Assembly: GCA_043800705.1 (NCBI GenBank)
Contig: JAZDMS010000022.1
Location: 1 to 64,000, forward strand
Length of the DNA: 64,000 bases
Origin: Candidatus Altiarchaeota archaeon
GTDB lineage: Archaea; Altiarchaeota; Altiarchaeia; IMC4; SCGC-AAA252-I15
Direction of reading: 5' to 3'
Shown here: one piece after another, positions 39,009 to 49,293 of the stretch
Position numbering within the stretch: the first letter of the stretch is position 1
Layout: each line of letters starts with the position of its first letter
Notes under the pieces: model-generated
Databases searched by the model: none
What the model was told of the DNA's origin: nothing
Seen by the model: only the letters and a program-made list of their open reading frames with translations
Program-made: the position numbers and the translations under genes

Positions 39009-40523
39009 TCACATTATCAGGCTTTCCCCGGTCATCTCCGAAGGCTTCTTCAAGCCCAGCAGGCCTAAAACGGTCGGGGCGATGTCCTGCAGGCCCCGCC
39101 CGGTCTTCAGTTTTCCGGTCTTCAGTCTTGGGTCGTCAGACACAATGATACAGGGGACAGGGTTGATGGTATGGCTCGTCCTCCATTCCGGGGTCTGGTC
39201 CTCCGCGTTGCCGTGGTCCGCGAAGACGAGGGTCGTATAGCCGCATCCCAATCCGGCCTTCGCTATGTCCCCGACGCAGTCGTCCACGGACTTGACCGCC
39301 TTCTCTATCGCAGGCACGATGCCGGTGTGGCCGACGAGGTCGCAGTTGACGAGGTTCGTCACTATGAAGTCGTATTTTCCCCCCTTTATCTCGGCCACCA
39401 GCCTGTCCCGGATCTCATATACGCTCATTTCCGGCTTCAGGTCGTAGGTAGCGACCTTCGGGGAGTCGATGAGTATCCGCTCCTCGCCCGCGTTCGGGAC
39501 CTCCACCTGGCCGTTGAAGAAGAACGTCACGTGCGCGTATTTTTCGGTCTCGCTTATGCGAAGCTGCCTGAGGCCGGCGTCGCCGACGACCTTCCCGAGG
39601 AGGTTGCCCAGGGATATGTCCTCGAACGCTATGTGTGCGTTCATCGGCTGATAGAACTGCGTCATACCGACGTAGTAGACCTTCAGCGGCTTCCGCTCCC
39701 AGCCCTCGAACCTCTCCTCGACTATCGCCTTCGTCAGCTGCCGGGTCCGGTCCGTCCTGAAGTTGAAGAAGAACATGGAGTCCCCGTCCTTGACGCCCTT
39801 GTATCCCTTCGCCTTGGTGGGGACTATGAATTCGTCGGTCAGTCCCGCGGCATGTGATGCCCTGACTACTCCCATCGCATCGTCGAATTCGCCTTCGGCC
39901 TCGCCCCCGACGATGCAGTCGTACGCCTTCTTGGTGCGGTCCCACCTCTTGTCACGGTCCATCGAATAGTACCTGCCTGACACGGATGCGACGGAGCCGA
40001 CGCCCTTCTCCTTGAACACGGCATCTAGCTTTTCCAGGTGCTTGAGGCTGTCGTGTACCGGCGCGTCCCTGCCGTCTGTGAAGACGTGGACGACGACATC
40101 CCCGAATCCCTTGCGCCTGCACAGCTCGAGTATCGCATAAAGGTGGTCTTCGTGCGCGTGAACGCCTTCCGACTGCAAAAGCCCCATGACATGCAGCCTT
40201 CCGCCAGTCTTCATGCAGTTTTCGACCGCGGCGACGAGCGAGGGATTCTCATAGAAGCTGCCGTCCTTTATGCTCTTGTTTATCTTCACCATCGCCTGGA
40301 ATATGATCCTGCCGGAGCCGATTGTCATATGGCCGACTTCGGAGTTGCCCTGATACCCGTCAGGGAGGCCGACGGCTTCGCCAGACGCCGCCAACACGAC
40401 GTTCGGATATTCCGCCATGAGCCGGTCGGTATTTGGCGTCGGCGTCTGCGCTATCGCGTTGTCCGACTTCTCAGCCCGGTACCCCCAGCCGTCGCGGATG
40501 ACGAGGATGACTCCCTTACCCAT
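39009..40523 (-). CDS. gpmI: 2,3-bisphosphoglycerate-independent phosphoglycerate mutase (bacterial type)
   Basis: Motifs DGWG, GNSEVGH, TDGRD, GRYYSMDRD.RW, ETEKYAHVTFF, DLVGHTG, ADHGNAE. Confidence 0.96.
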   Translation of the reverse strand: MGKGVILVIRDGWGYRAEKSDNAIAQTPTPNTDRLMAEYPNVVLAASGEAVGLPDGYQGNSEVGHMTIGSGRIIFQAMVKINKSIKDGSFYENPSLVAAVENCMKTGGRLHVMGLLQSEGVHAHEDHLYAILELCRRKGFGDVVVHVFTDGRDAPVHDSLKHLEKLDAVFKEKGVGSVASVSGRYYSMDRDKRWDRTKKAYDCIVGGEAEGEFDDAMGVVRASHAAGLTDEFIVPTKAKGYKGVKDGDSMFFFNFRTDRTRQLTKAIVEERFEGWERKPLKVYYVGMTQFYQPMNAHIAFEDISLGNLLGKVVGDAGLRQLRISETEKYAHVTFFFNGQVEVPNAGEERILIDSPKVATYDLKPEMSVYEIRDRLVAEIKGGKYDFIVTNLVNCDLVGHTGIVPAIEKAVKSVDDCVGDIAKAGLGCGYTTLVFADHGNAEDQTPEWRTSHTINPVPCIIVSDDPRLKTGKLKTGRGLQDIAPTVLGLLGLKKPSEMTGESLIM

Positions 40524-40576
40524 AGCATCAATTATGTGCGACACGTTTAATATCCACAGCCTTCCTGTTTTTTATC

Positions 40577-42709
40577 GTGAACGCCAGAAGGGTGCCTGTT
40601 CAGACCGCAAATCTGCCGCAGAGGGAGATTGACGAGCTGGGCATAGCTGTGGACGGCATCCGAATAATAGGCGAGAACACGAGGCTTTCGCACCCCGCGT
40701 CGCCGGGGACGGGGGAGCGCGTCTTCTCCAACCCGGACCTGATGGTCGAAGACTCAGCCCTCCTGGCTGGAGGCCAAGGCGGAGTCAGCGGATTCAAACA
40801 TGTCGGCGGCAACCAGCTGGAGTTCAGCAGATTCTCCCACCCCCTCTCCCTCAGGGACGTTCGCTTCCTAAGATGCAGGGGCAGAAGATGGGATTTCGTC
40901 AGCGCAGGCAGCAGCATCTACAACCCGCTAAAGGAGACCGACGACGAAGCTATAGTACCTCTCATGGGGGGCATATACGTCAACGGCGAAGACATAACAC
41001 AAGACGAGGAGAAGATGAGGAAGCTGGGCCTTTCTTTCGTCAAGGATGACGCAGGAAACGACGCCACCCACCCGGCAGTCGTCGTAGGCGGCCGCAGCGT
41101 CATGTGGCCTTACCGCTGCCGCCTGCCTGCCTTGAAGACCCAGGCCGGCGGCTACGCCTGCGTCACCTCGGGCCAGATGAGGGATACCGTAAGGAAAGTG
41201 GGGAATCACGAGGCGGAGGCCGCCTACTCAAAGGCTTTGGAAGACCTCCTGCGAGCAGAGTGGGGGGTGGCGAACGAAGGCCTAAGCTGGGAGGACTACC
41301 ATAGGCTGCATTTCGCTCAGATTTACATTATGGAGTTCATAGCCCAGGCGAATCAGCGCGGGGACGAGATTGGGAGGGTGTTCCCTGGAGTCGCGGTGCA
41401 GGTGAAGGGAATCGGCTGCCACAGGTACGTGTACCACTTTGACAGAGTCGAAGACGACGGAACACCCACGCTCCAAGAGGGCGACGTAGTCCTCAAGTCG
41501 AGGAAACAGAGCGAGCAGGAGCGCATGAACTTGATAATGGACCACGTCTTTGCACAGCGGCCGGAATATGCGGGCAAGTCGGGGATTTTATTGGACGTAC
41601 ACCACGAACCATTCGACAACAGCCCGACCGGGGCGATATACTCCGAGCAAAAGGGCATCGAACGCGCCCAAGTCCTCTGGGGCGCCGGGGCCGAGATGTC
41701 CGAAATCCCCACAGGGACCATGCGCCTTTTGACTAGGGTCCAAATAGACGAGGCAGAAGGCAGGCCGACGAGGATGGTGTGCGAGGAAATCGTCGTTTCC
41801 CAGAAGGTCATATTCGACGACACACACAGGCTCGAGCTTTTGGCCAAGGGGCCGAAGACCCCAGAGGAGCCCAACGATGACTTCAAGAAGCTTATCGAGC
41901 GGGACTTCGGCACATACACCGATGGAAACCGGGACCGATTCCTCCAAGGCCTGTGCCGCGTCATCGGCAAGAACATGCGCGTCTGCCTCACCAAGAGGCT
42001 GACGGTCACCAACGAGCAGGCGACCGCAGACAACCTAAGCATATACGGCCGCATAAAGGACCCGCAGAGCTTCGTCGACATGGTGAGCCGCTACCAGGTC
42101 AGGCCACTGATACGGCAATGGATGACCGATGCGATGGACACTTATAGGGCGGCCGGCATGCCATCGGACGACTTCATAAAAGGCGAAGGCCTCAAGGCTA
42201 TGGCGGTTTCCATGCTAGGGAAAGCCGACGGCGAAGCCGCATACGAGCGGGTGCAGGCGCACATCCGCGGAGAACTCAAGACTGAGGTTAAAACTGAGAT
42301 GTCGCCCGCATCTTACGCCACGGTCGAGTTAACCAGGCGCATCATCCAGCAAGGCCTCAGGGCCGAGGGCAAAAGGCTCGACAGGAAAGCCCTCCACAGG
42401 AGGCTGCTCTCCGACGCTGAATTCAGGAAATACTCGGGTTTGGAGGGAGTCGGCATGAAGGTGATGAAAGGGCTGAAGTATGGGGAGTTCAGGGAGTTCA
42501 AATGCAAGATAAAGACCCTCCAGAACCCCATATGGGGGAGTGCGGCCACATACACGTCCGAGTCCCTCTACGACCACCTCCAGCGTGCCTATATAGAATA
42601 CGCCGCCCTCTCCGACGAGCCGTCGATGGCACACAACCTAGACCAGAGCCTGCGACCGTTCATCGAAGGGATGCCGCTCGAGAAAATACCACAGAAAAAG
42701 ACGAAATAG
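40577..42709 (+). CDS. Large hypothetical protein with SelO-like (kinase-fold) motifs
   Basis: VQVKGIG, EIPTG, THRLE, ATADNLSIYGRIKD in SelO-like order; start codon uncertain. Confidence 0.55.
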   Translation: MNARRVPVQTANLPQREIDELGIAVDGIRIIGENTRLSHPASPGTGERVFSNPDLMVEDSALLAGGQGGVSGFKHVGGNQLEFSRFSHPLSLRDVRFLRCRGRRWDFVSAGSSIYNPLKETDDEAIVPLMGGIYVNGEDITQDEEKMRKLGLSFVKDDAGNDATHPAVVVGGRSVMWPYRCRLPALKTQAGGYACVTSGQMRDTVRKVGNHEAEAAYSKALEDLLRAEWGVANEGLSWEDYHRLHFAQIYIMEFIAQANQRGDEIGRVFPGVAVQVKGIGCHRYVYHFDRVEDDGTPTLQEGDVVLKSRKQSEQERMNLIMDHVFAQRPEYAGKSGILLDVHHEPFDNSPTGAIYSEQKGIERAQVLWGAGAEMSEIPTGTMRLLTRVQIDEAEGRPTRMVCEEIVVSQKVIFDDTHRLELLAKGPKTPEEPNDDFKKLIERDFGTYTDGNRDRFLQGLCRVIGKNMRVCLTKRLTVTNEQATADNLSIYGRIKDPQSFVDMVSRYQVRPLIRQWMTDAMDTYRAAGMPSDDFIKGEGLKAMAVSMLGKADGEAAYERVQAHIRGELKTEVKTEMSPASYATVELTRRIIQQGLRAEGKRLDRKALHRRLLSDAEFRKYSGLEGVGMKVMKGLKYGEFREFKCKIKTLQNPIWGSAATYTSESLYDHLQRAYIEYAALSDEPSMAHNLDQSLRPFIEGMPLEKIPQKKTK

Positions 42710-42713
42710 GCTG

Positions 42714-44414
42714 TCACGGGGCCTTGGCTTTCACCACGTTTTCCATGAACCATGCTGCTGCCCCTTCTTCCACCCTGCCTTCTGCTTCAAGGCTGACGAG
42801 GGCCGGGTGGTATTTCTCCCGGAGGTTGTGTTCTGATATGTTGGTCCAGGGCCGTTCGCCGTATGCGAGGTTGTAGGCCAATCTCTCGAGCTTTTGGCGT
42901 TCCAATCCGAGGCCCATTTCGTCGACTTCGTCGATGAGTCTCGCATATACTGCCCCGTATTTCATCTTGGGGGCATCCTCCGGCGGCATCCGCCTAATTT
43001 CCTCAAGAAGCTGGATCCGTTCCGGGGCTTCGAGTCGCCGAAGGAGTGCGACGCCGGCGCAGATTCTGCCGAGCGTCTTCACTTCGGCAGCGCCCAGGCC
43101 CTGTGAATGGGTTCCAAGAAGCATCCGTCTGGTGTCCTCAAGAAGCTGCGGCACTCGGCCATGGATTTCGCAGTCTAGGTCGAAGAGCGCCTGAGCTCGC
43201 ATGATATCCTGGCCTTCCCCTGTGAGTGCGACATAGTTTTTCTGTCCGGTCTTCCGTTTCACTACGACCCCATCGGTCTCGAGCCGGTCGACAGCCTTCA
43301 GGACCACGGCGGAATTGTATCTGCCTTCGATTGAGCCGATATTTGAGTCCTTTATATTTTCATGAGCCGTGAAGTGGTCAATGGATGTTTCACCGTTCTC
43401 GAAAAGGTGGGAAAGTATGTCGTAGTCTATGCACTCCCTGGGGGGCAGGTACACGGAATGTATGTGGCCGACGTGAACCCATCTTAGGCTTGAGCCTTCG
43501 GACGTCGGCATCGGATATTTCTTCACCAGACCCATTGATTCTAGAACTCCCCCCGCAGTCGTCAGGTACTTGCTGGCAGTCTGCCTGATGCGCTTGGAAT
43601 TCGATCCGTCCTTTGGATCCAAATGCCTCCGGCGGTATTCCTCCCCAAGGTACTGGTATAGGCCCATCTTATCCGCTATCTCGTCAGTCGAAAACATCTT
43701 CTTCCCGGAACCGGGCTTCCAAAGGAGTCGGTGCATCCCTTCAAGGATACCATCCCTTACGATTTGGGCATAGTCTGACATGTTGCCTGAGACAACCTCG
43801 AATCCGTCGTTTTGTTTCAGCGCCCTGACGGCGTTTAGGTGCTCGACATATCCGTCACCAGACAGCCCGTTCTCGTAAGCGACGGCAGCCGCCAATTCGC
43901 ATGCTGTGAAGCTTCTCTTTCCTGCGTCCCTTAGGGCTCTTAGGATATGTTCCTTCCTGTAAAGCACCGCAGGGGGGCCGATCCGCCTTCCCTGAAACCA
44001 GTGCCGGCCGGCGTCCTTCTCAGCCTTCTGCCCGCTGATAGCCGCATATGCATCGCGGATGATGTCCTGCGCTTCATCGTCCCCCCGGTCGAACTCCCGC
44101 TTAACGGACTCCGACACGACACTCCGCCCGTATCTTGGCTTCAAGAGGCCTAAAGCCTTCTTGAGGGAGATGCTACCTATGCTTTCCACCAGTCGGACGG
44201 CCTCTAGCGAAGGCGCCCTCGACTCAAAGCGCCCCTCAGGCCGCAGAGACTTTAAGGAACCATCACCCCAATCGCTGACCCTGCCCCTAAGGGGGCCTGG
44301 AGCCTTGATTTGGACCTCCAAGAGAGGGTCCTTATCGTCCCGCTCCCGGTAATTCCTCCGAATCTGATGCCTTAACGCCCCTGGCTTATCCGGGTTGACG
44401 TATCCTACACCCAT
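42714..44414 (-). CDS. Hypothetical protein with several winged-helix-like segments
   Basis: FSTDEIADKMG...LESMGLVKK; ILSHLFENG...AVDRLETDGVV.K...YVALTGEG. Confidence 0.6.
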   Translation of the reverse strand: MGVGYVNPDKPGALRHQIRRNYRERDDKDPLLEVQIKAPGPLRGRVSDWGDGSLKSLRPEGRFESRAPSLEAVRLVESIGSISLKKALGLLKPRYGRSVVSESVKREFDRGDDEAQDIIRDAYAAISGQKAEKDAGRHWFQGRRIGPPAVLYRKEHILRALRDAGKRSFTACELAAAVAYENGLSGDGYVEHLNAVRALKQNDGFEVVSGNMSDYAQIVRDGILEGMHRLLWKPGSGKKMFSTDEIADKMGLYQYLGEEYRRRHLDPKDGSNSKRIRQTASKYLTTAGGVLESMGLVKKYPMPTSEGSSLRWVHVGHIHSVYLPPRECIDYDILSHLFENGETSIDHFTAHENIKDSNIGSIEGRYNSAVVLKAVDRLETDGVVVKRKTGQKNYVALTGEGQDIMRAQALFDLDCEIHGRVPQLLEDTRRMLLGTHSQGLGAAEVKTLGRICAGVALLRRLEAPERIQLLEEIRRMPPEDAPKMKYGAVYARLIDEVDEMGLGLERQKLERLAYNLAYGERPWTNISEHNLREKYHPALVSLEAEGRVEEGAAAWFMENVVKAKAP

Positions 44415-44450
44415 AGGAAAATACTTGATAAACAGGGTAAAAAAGTGAGC

Positions 44451-46100
44451 CTACTCCAGTATCGCCCCTTTCGCCGCGCTCTGCACCATCTTCGAGTATC
44501 TCAGGAGCCAGCCTTTGACGTTCGTCCTCTTTATCCTGCAGGTCTTCTTCCTGGCTTCGAGCTCGCGGTCGGAGACCATGAGCTGCAGCTTCCTGCCGGG
44601 TATGTCGACGAGGATCGTGTCGCCTTCCTTGACGTAGGCTAAAGGTCCGCAGTCGGCTGCCTCAGGGCTTATGTGGCCGACGCATGGGCCTCTGGTGCCG
44701 CCCGAGAATCTTCCGTCGGTTATGAGCGCGACGGATTCGGACAGGCCCATGCCCGCTATTGCGGCGGTGGGGGAGAGCATCTCCCGCATCCCGGGGCCTC
44801 CCTTCGGGCCTTCGTATCTGATGACGACCACGTCGCCCGATTTTACCTTGCCTGCGAGTATCGCCGCCATCGCGGCCTCTTCGCAGTCGAATACCCTCGC
44901 CGGGCCTTCTATCCGCATCGCCCTCTCCGAGACGGCGGTCTGTTTGACGACGGAGCCGAGGGGAGCCAGGTTCCCCTTCAGGACGGCGATCCCGCCCTGG
45001 CGGTGGTATGCGCGGTCGAGGGACCTGATGACGTTGTCGTCCAGGACCCTGGCCTTCTCCGCTATCTTCTTGATGTTGAATCCGTTCACCGTCGGGTTCG
45101 GCTTCAGCCGCTCCCTCAGCTGATGCAATACCGCGGGTATTCCCCCCGCATATTCTACGTCTTCCATGAAATGCTCCCCTGCGGGCCTGAGGTTCGTGAT
45201 GTGGGGGGTCTTCCTCGAGACCTCGTCGAACATGTTGAAGTCGATATCTATCCCGGCCTCATGGGCTATCGCCGGAATGTGGAGGGTCGTGTTAGTCGAT
45301 CCGCCCATCGCGTTGTCCACGACGACCGCGTTGTATATCGCATTCTTCGTGATGATCCTCCTTGCTGTGAGGCCCTTCCTGACGAGTTCTACCACTCTGA
45401 CGCCGCTGGCGTACGCTATCCTCTTCTTCTTCGCGGACACCGCAAGCGATGTGGCGCAGCCTGTGAGGCTCATCCCCATAGTCTCTGTCAGGCAGGCCAT
45501 CGTGTTGGCGGTGTAAAGCCCCTGACATGCTCCGCAGCCGGGGCACGCCTCTATCTCCAACGCCGCCACCTCCTCGTCGCTCATCTTCCCGGCCTGATGC
45601 ATCCCGACCGCCTCGAACGTGTCCTTGACCAGGTCGAGCCTGCGGCCGTCCTTCCTGCCGGTCATCATCGGACCCGCGGTCACGACTATGCAGGGTATGT
45701 TGAGCCTTGCCGCGGCCATCAGCATGCCAGGTGTGATCTTGTCGCAGTTGGTTAATAGTACCAGTCCGTCGAGGGCGTTGGCGCCCGCCATCGTCTCCAC
45801 CGCGTCTGCTATGAGCTCCCTGGAAGGGAGCGAGTACCGCATCCCGAAATGTCCCATTGCGATGCCGTCGCAGATGGCCGGCACCCCGAATATGAACGGC
45901 GTCCCGCCGCCGGCTTCGACGCCGCGCTCTATGAACCGCTCGAGCTGCCTCATGTCCACGTGCCCGGGGACGAGGTCGGTGTACGATGACGCTATGCCGA
46001 TGAAGGGCTTGTTGATCCCCTTCCTGGAAAGCCCCGTGGCATACAAGAGCGCACGATTGGGGGCCCTTTCTACGCCTCGCTTGATTCGGTCGGATTTCAT
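44451..46100 (-). CDS. ilvD: Dihydroxy-acid dehydratase
   Basis: Motifs [58 protein letters not shown]. Confidence 0.98.
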   Translation of the reverse strand: MKSDRIKRGVERAPNRALLYATGLSRKGINKPFIGIASSYTDLVPGHVDMRQLERFIERGVEAGGGTPFIFGVPAICDGIAMGHFGMRYSLPSRELIADAVETMAGANALDGLVLLTNCDKITPGMLMAAARLNIPCIVVTAGPMMTGRKDGRRLDLVKDTFEAVGMHQAGKMSDEEVAALEIEACPGCGACQGLYTANTMACLTETMGMSLTGCATSLAVSAKKKRIAYASGVRVVELVRKGLTARRIITKNAIYNAVVVDNAMGGSTNTTLHIPAIAHEAGIDIDFNMFDEVSRKTPHITNLRPAGEHFMEDVEYAGGIPAVLHQLRERLKPNPTVNGFNIKKIAEKARVLDDNVIRSLDRAYHRQGGIAVLKGNLAPLGSVVKQTAVSERAMRIEGPARVFDCEEAAMAAILAGKVKSGDVVVIRYEGPKGGPGMREMLSPTAAIAGMGLSESVALITDGRFSGGTRGPCVGHISPEAADCGPLAYVKEGDTILVDIPGRKLQLMVSDRELEARKKTCRIKRTNVKGWLLRYSKMVQSAAKGAILE

Positions 46101-46198
46101 AAGAGTAATATATCGGGGAGATGATTTAAAAGAAGCCCAAAAGGCCCATAAAACACCCTAAAGAGGTATAAAGGCGCGTCCGCCATAGAGTATATTGG

Positions 46199-48904
46199 AT
46201 GAATTACAGGAAAAGCCTCATAGCCCTGTCGCTGATAGCGCTGACTATTCTGGCCTGCGCCCAAGACAACACCACACCCCCGGCAGCAGCCCCGGAAGAG
46301 ACAACGACGACCACGGCCGCGCAGGAGACCACGACGACGCTCCAGGCCGACACGACGACCACGACCCCAGACACTACGACGACGTCCACGGACACCACAA
46401 CGACCACCGAGACGACGACCCCGACTGATACGACATCGACTACGACTTCTACGACACTAGAGGCGACCACCACCACAGACACGACCACAACGACGGAGGC
46501 GCCCACGACGACCACGGAGACGTCGACCTCGACGACGGAATCGACGACGACTTCCACAACCGAATCGACGACGACCACGACGTTGGAGATTGCCTTGGCG
46601 GCCCCGGAATATGCTCCGCAGTCGGGGATGGTAATTATGTACAATCCGGCCACGCGGTACTGCACCGACCTCGGGTATGGGTATCAGAGGATTAGCACTT
46701 TGAAGGGCGAAGACATCGAATGTGTCCTGCCGGACGGCAGCGCATGCGGCGAATGGGACTTCCTCGCAGGGAAATGCGGCAAAGGATACAACTTCTGCGG
46801 AGTCAACGGATACGACACAGAAGTCAGAGCAGACGGCAGAGGTCCCCTCACAAGGGAATACGCGGTATGCAAAGGCAGAAAGGGGAGGGGGCCAATTAAG
46901 GAATCAGCCAGGGACTTCGACGGCCTTTCTGTCCTCGACGCGCTGAAGGCGGAAGGCATGCCGCTCCTGCCACAGAACACACAGAAAAGGCCGATACAGA
47001 AGGCCTCTGGAGACGATCAGCCTGCAGGTTCCCCTAATCCGCCGCTTGGAGCCCCCTCCTCATATGATTGGCGGAACCTCTACGGCCAGAACTGGATAAC
47101 CTCCGTGAAAAATCAAGGTAACTGCGGCAGCTGCTGGGCTTTCAGCTCGGTCGGTGCTACGGAGGCGAAACACAACATCAACGCACAGAATTCCAGCCTC
47201 GACCTGGACCTCTCGGAGGAGTATCTGGTATCGGACTGCCACACATACGGATACCCCGTTACGGGAGCCGAGAACTGCTGCGGAGGATGGCAGGACGAAG
47301 CCATTTGGTTCATCTATTCCACAGGCGTCCCTGACGAATCATGCATGACATACATAGACGGCACCGGAGGCTGCAGCTGCACCCCCGGAGTCCTCTGCGG
47401 TGCAGGATGCACATACAGGACGAATCCCGCATGCAGCGACCGAACATGCGGCGACCGGTGCGCGGACTACGCAAGCCGCATGCAGAACATAACGGCATAC
47501 GGCCTCGTGTCCGGGACCCAGGCGGCGATAAAAGAGGCCTTGGTACGGTACGGCCCCCTGTCTGTCTCGCTTTACGTCAGCGGATGGAGTTCTGTCACAA
47601 AGACCTGCTCTGCTGGAAGCTCAGACCACGCGGTCGTCCTAGTCGGCTACGACGATTCGGTCAGCGAATGGATCCTAAAAAACAGCTGGGGCAGCACATG
47701 GAACGGTGACGGATACTTCAGGGTCAAGTACGGCCAATGCAACATCGAAAACGACGTCTGGTACGTGAACATCCGCAGCTATCCGCAGCTGACAGGCAGC
47801 GTCTCCCCATCGTCCGGCAGTACCTCGACGAACTTCAACTTCACAGCCAACTACACACACCCCGAATACACATTGCCTGCGACGATGAGGGCCAACATCG
47901 ACGGCACATACTATACGATGGCCCAGGCCGACGCCTCCGACAACGACACAAGAGACGGCAAACTCTACTATTACAACAGGACCCTGGCCGCTGGATCGCA
48001 CACCTACTTCTTCAACGCCACCGACTACGGCGGGAAAGTCAATGTTACATCCACCGCCTCAGCCCCGTCCGTCAGCGGCCAAAATCCCACCCTTGGCTCA
48101 GGACAGGTATCCCCCCAGACTGGGAACGCGTCCATAGCCTACAATTTCACCGTCGCCTACGCCAGCCCCGGAAACACCGCCCCATCATATGTGAGGGTCT
48201 ACGTCGACTCCAACCAGTCCACTATGGCCTCCAACGGCTCCTCCAATTACACGGCAGGCGTCCTCTACAGCCATTCATCCAACCTGTCCTGCGGTGCCCA
48301 CACATTCTACTTCAACGCCTCCGACGGGTCGAGCACCAACCAGACCGCCCAGCAGTCTGGGCCGGGGGTGAATTGTCCGCCGACGCTTTCCTCTGGCCAG
48401 GCCTCGCCGTCTTTAGGCCCCGATTCGTCCCTATTCAACTTCACCGTCACCTATACGGACTCAGACGGCGATCCCCCCGCGTCGATAAATGCCGTCATCG
48501 ACGGAGCCATGAAGAATATGACGGGTATTTCGGCCTCCTATGCGTCAGGCGTGGTCTACTATTACAACGGCACACTCACGGCAGCCGCAGGCGTTTATTA
48601 TTTCAAGGCTTCGGACGGGAACTCTTCCGTCTCGACGGTGACATCGGCCTGCCCGTCCGTCTATTCAGAGACGCCCTCATGCAGCGGCGCGGACGCCACC
48701 GGTCAGGCCTCCTGGGACGTGGACCAGTACACCAATTGCACAGGCACAGCCGTACTGCCGACGTCGACGCATACCGGCATGCTGAACATCACCGGAGGAA
48801 ACGTCCTGAACCTGACCGCTACATACGTCTACCTGAACAACTCGCAGTTGAGGGTCGACGGCAGGATAATATTGGACAACTCGATTCTGAGGTTCATCAG
48901 ATAG
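46199..48904 (+). CDS. Secreted papain-family (C1A) cysteine protease with Thr-rich stalk, DUF333-like domain and Ig-like repeats
   Basis: Catalytic motifs QGNCGSCWAF, DHAVVLVGY, WILKNSWG; NPA..YC...CVLPDG..C.EWDF; three VSP..G...FNFT..Y repeats. Confidence 0.92.
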   Translation: MNYRKSLIALSLIALTILACAQDNTTPPAAAPEETTTTTAAQETTTTLQADTTTTTPDTTTTSTDTTTTTETTTPTDTTSTTTSTTLEATTTTDTTTTTEAPTTTTETSTSTTESTTTSTTESTTTTTLEIALAAPEYAPQSGMVIMYNPATRYCTDLGYGYQRISTLKGEDIECVLPDGSACGEWDFLAGKCGKGYNFCGVNGYDTEVRADGRGPLTREYAVCKGRKGRGPIKESARDFDGLSVLDALKAEGMPLLPQNTQKRPIQKASGDDQPAGSPNPPLGAPSSYDWRNLYGQNWITSVKNQGNCGSCWAFSSVGATEAKHNINAQNSSLDLDLSEEYLVSDCHTYGYPVTGAENCCGGWQDEAIWFIYSTGVPDESCMTYIDGTGGCSCTPGVLCGAGCTYRTNPACSDRTCGDRCADYASRMQNITAYGLVSGTQAAIKEALVRYGPLSVSLYVSGWSSVTKTCSAGSSDHAVVLVGYDDSVSEWILKNSWGSTWNGDGYFRVKYGQCNIENDVWYVNIRSYPQLTGSVSPSSGSTSTNFNFTANYTHPEYTLPATMRANIDGTYYTMAQADASDNDTRDGKLYYYNRTLAAGSHTYFFNATDYGGKVNVTSTASAPSVSGQNPTLGSGQVSPQTGNASIAYNFTVAYASPGNTAPSYVRVYVDSNQSTMASNGSSNYTAGVLYSHSSNLSCGAHTFYFNASDGSSTNQTAQQSGPGVNCPPTLSSGQASPSLGPDSSLFNFTVTYTDSDGDPPASINAVIDGAMKNMTGISASYASGVVYYYNGTLTAAAGVYYFKASDGNSSVSTVTSACPSVYSETPSCSGADATGQASWDVDQYTNCTGTAVLPTSTHTGMLNITGGNVLNLTATYVYLNNSQLRVDGRIILDNSILRFIR

Positions 48905-49145
48905 CCTGGGCCCTGCGTTCCACGAACTCGTGGATGAAGAACCGGTCCAAGGTCTTCTTCAGCTCCGACGGGGTCTTAAGGAGGGGATGCTTCGGGCTGA
49001 AGGCCTTATGGAGATGCTCATGGTCGACGCAGCTTCCGTCGCGCAGGCGCACCGCCTTCAACTCCATGTTCCCGTCAAGTATGTATTCCTCGATTTCGTT
49101 CGAAAACCCTATGTGTCCGTCCTTTTCAGACAAAATTGTTGCCAT
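48897..49145 (-). CDS. Small hypothetical protein (82 aa)
   Basis: ATG start with an AT-rich upstream region; fills the gap between the flanking genes. Confidence 0.5.
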   Translation of the reverse strand: MATILSEKDGHIGFSNEIEEYILDGNMELKAVRLRDGSCVDHEHLHKAFSPKHPLLKTPSELKKTLDRFFIHEFVERRAQAI

Positions 49146-49293
49146 AGCTTATCATCCCCTAGCATATATTATATGACAACATCATATAAAAAGGTTTCTT
49201 TTTTTCCTAAGGCCCCGTATAATGACTCCCCAAAGCGTAAAACATATATTCGGATAAGGACAGTAGTAAGACACAAAGAGGGGGGCAACACAG

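Noticed and set aside
46270-46585. ACG/ACC-rich tract as a non-coding tandem repeat
   Set aside because: It encodes the poly-Thr stalk of the protease.
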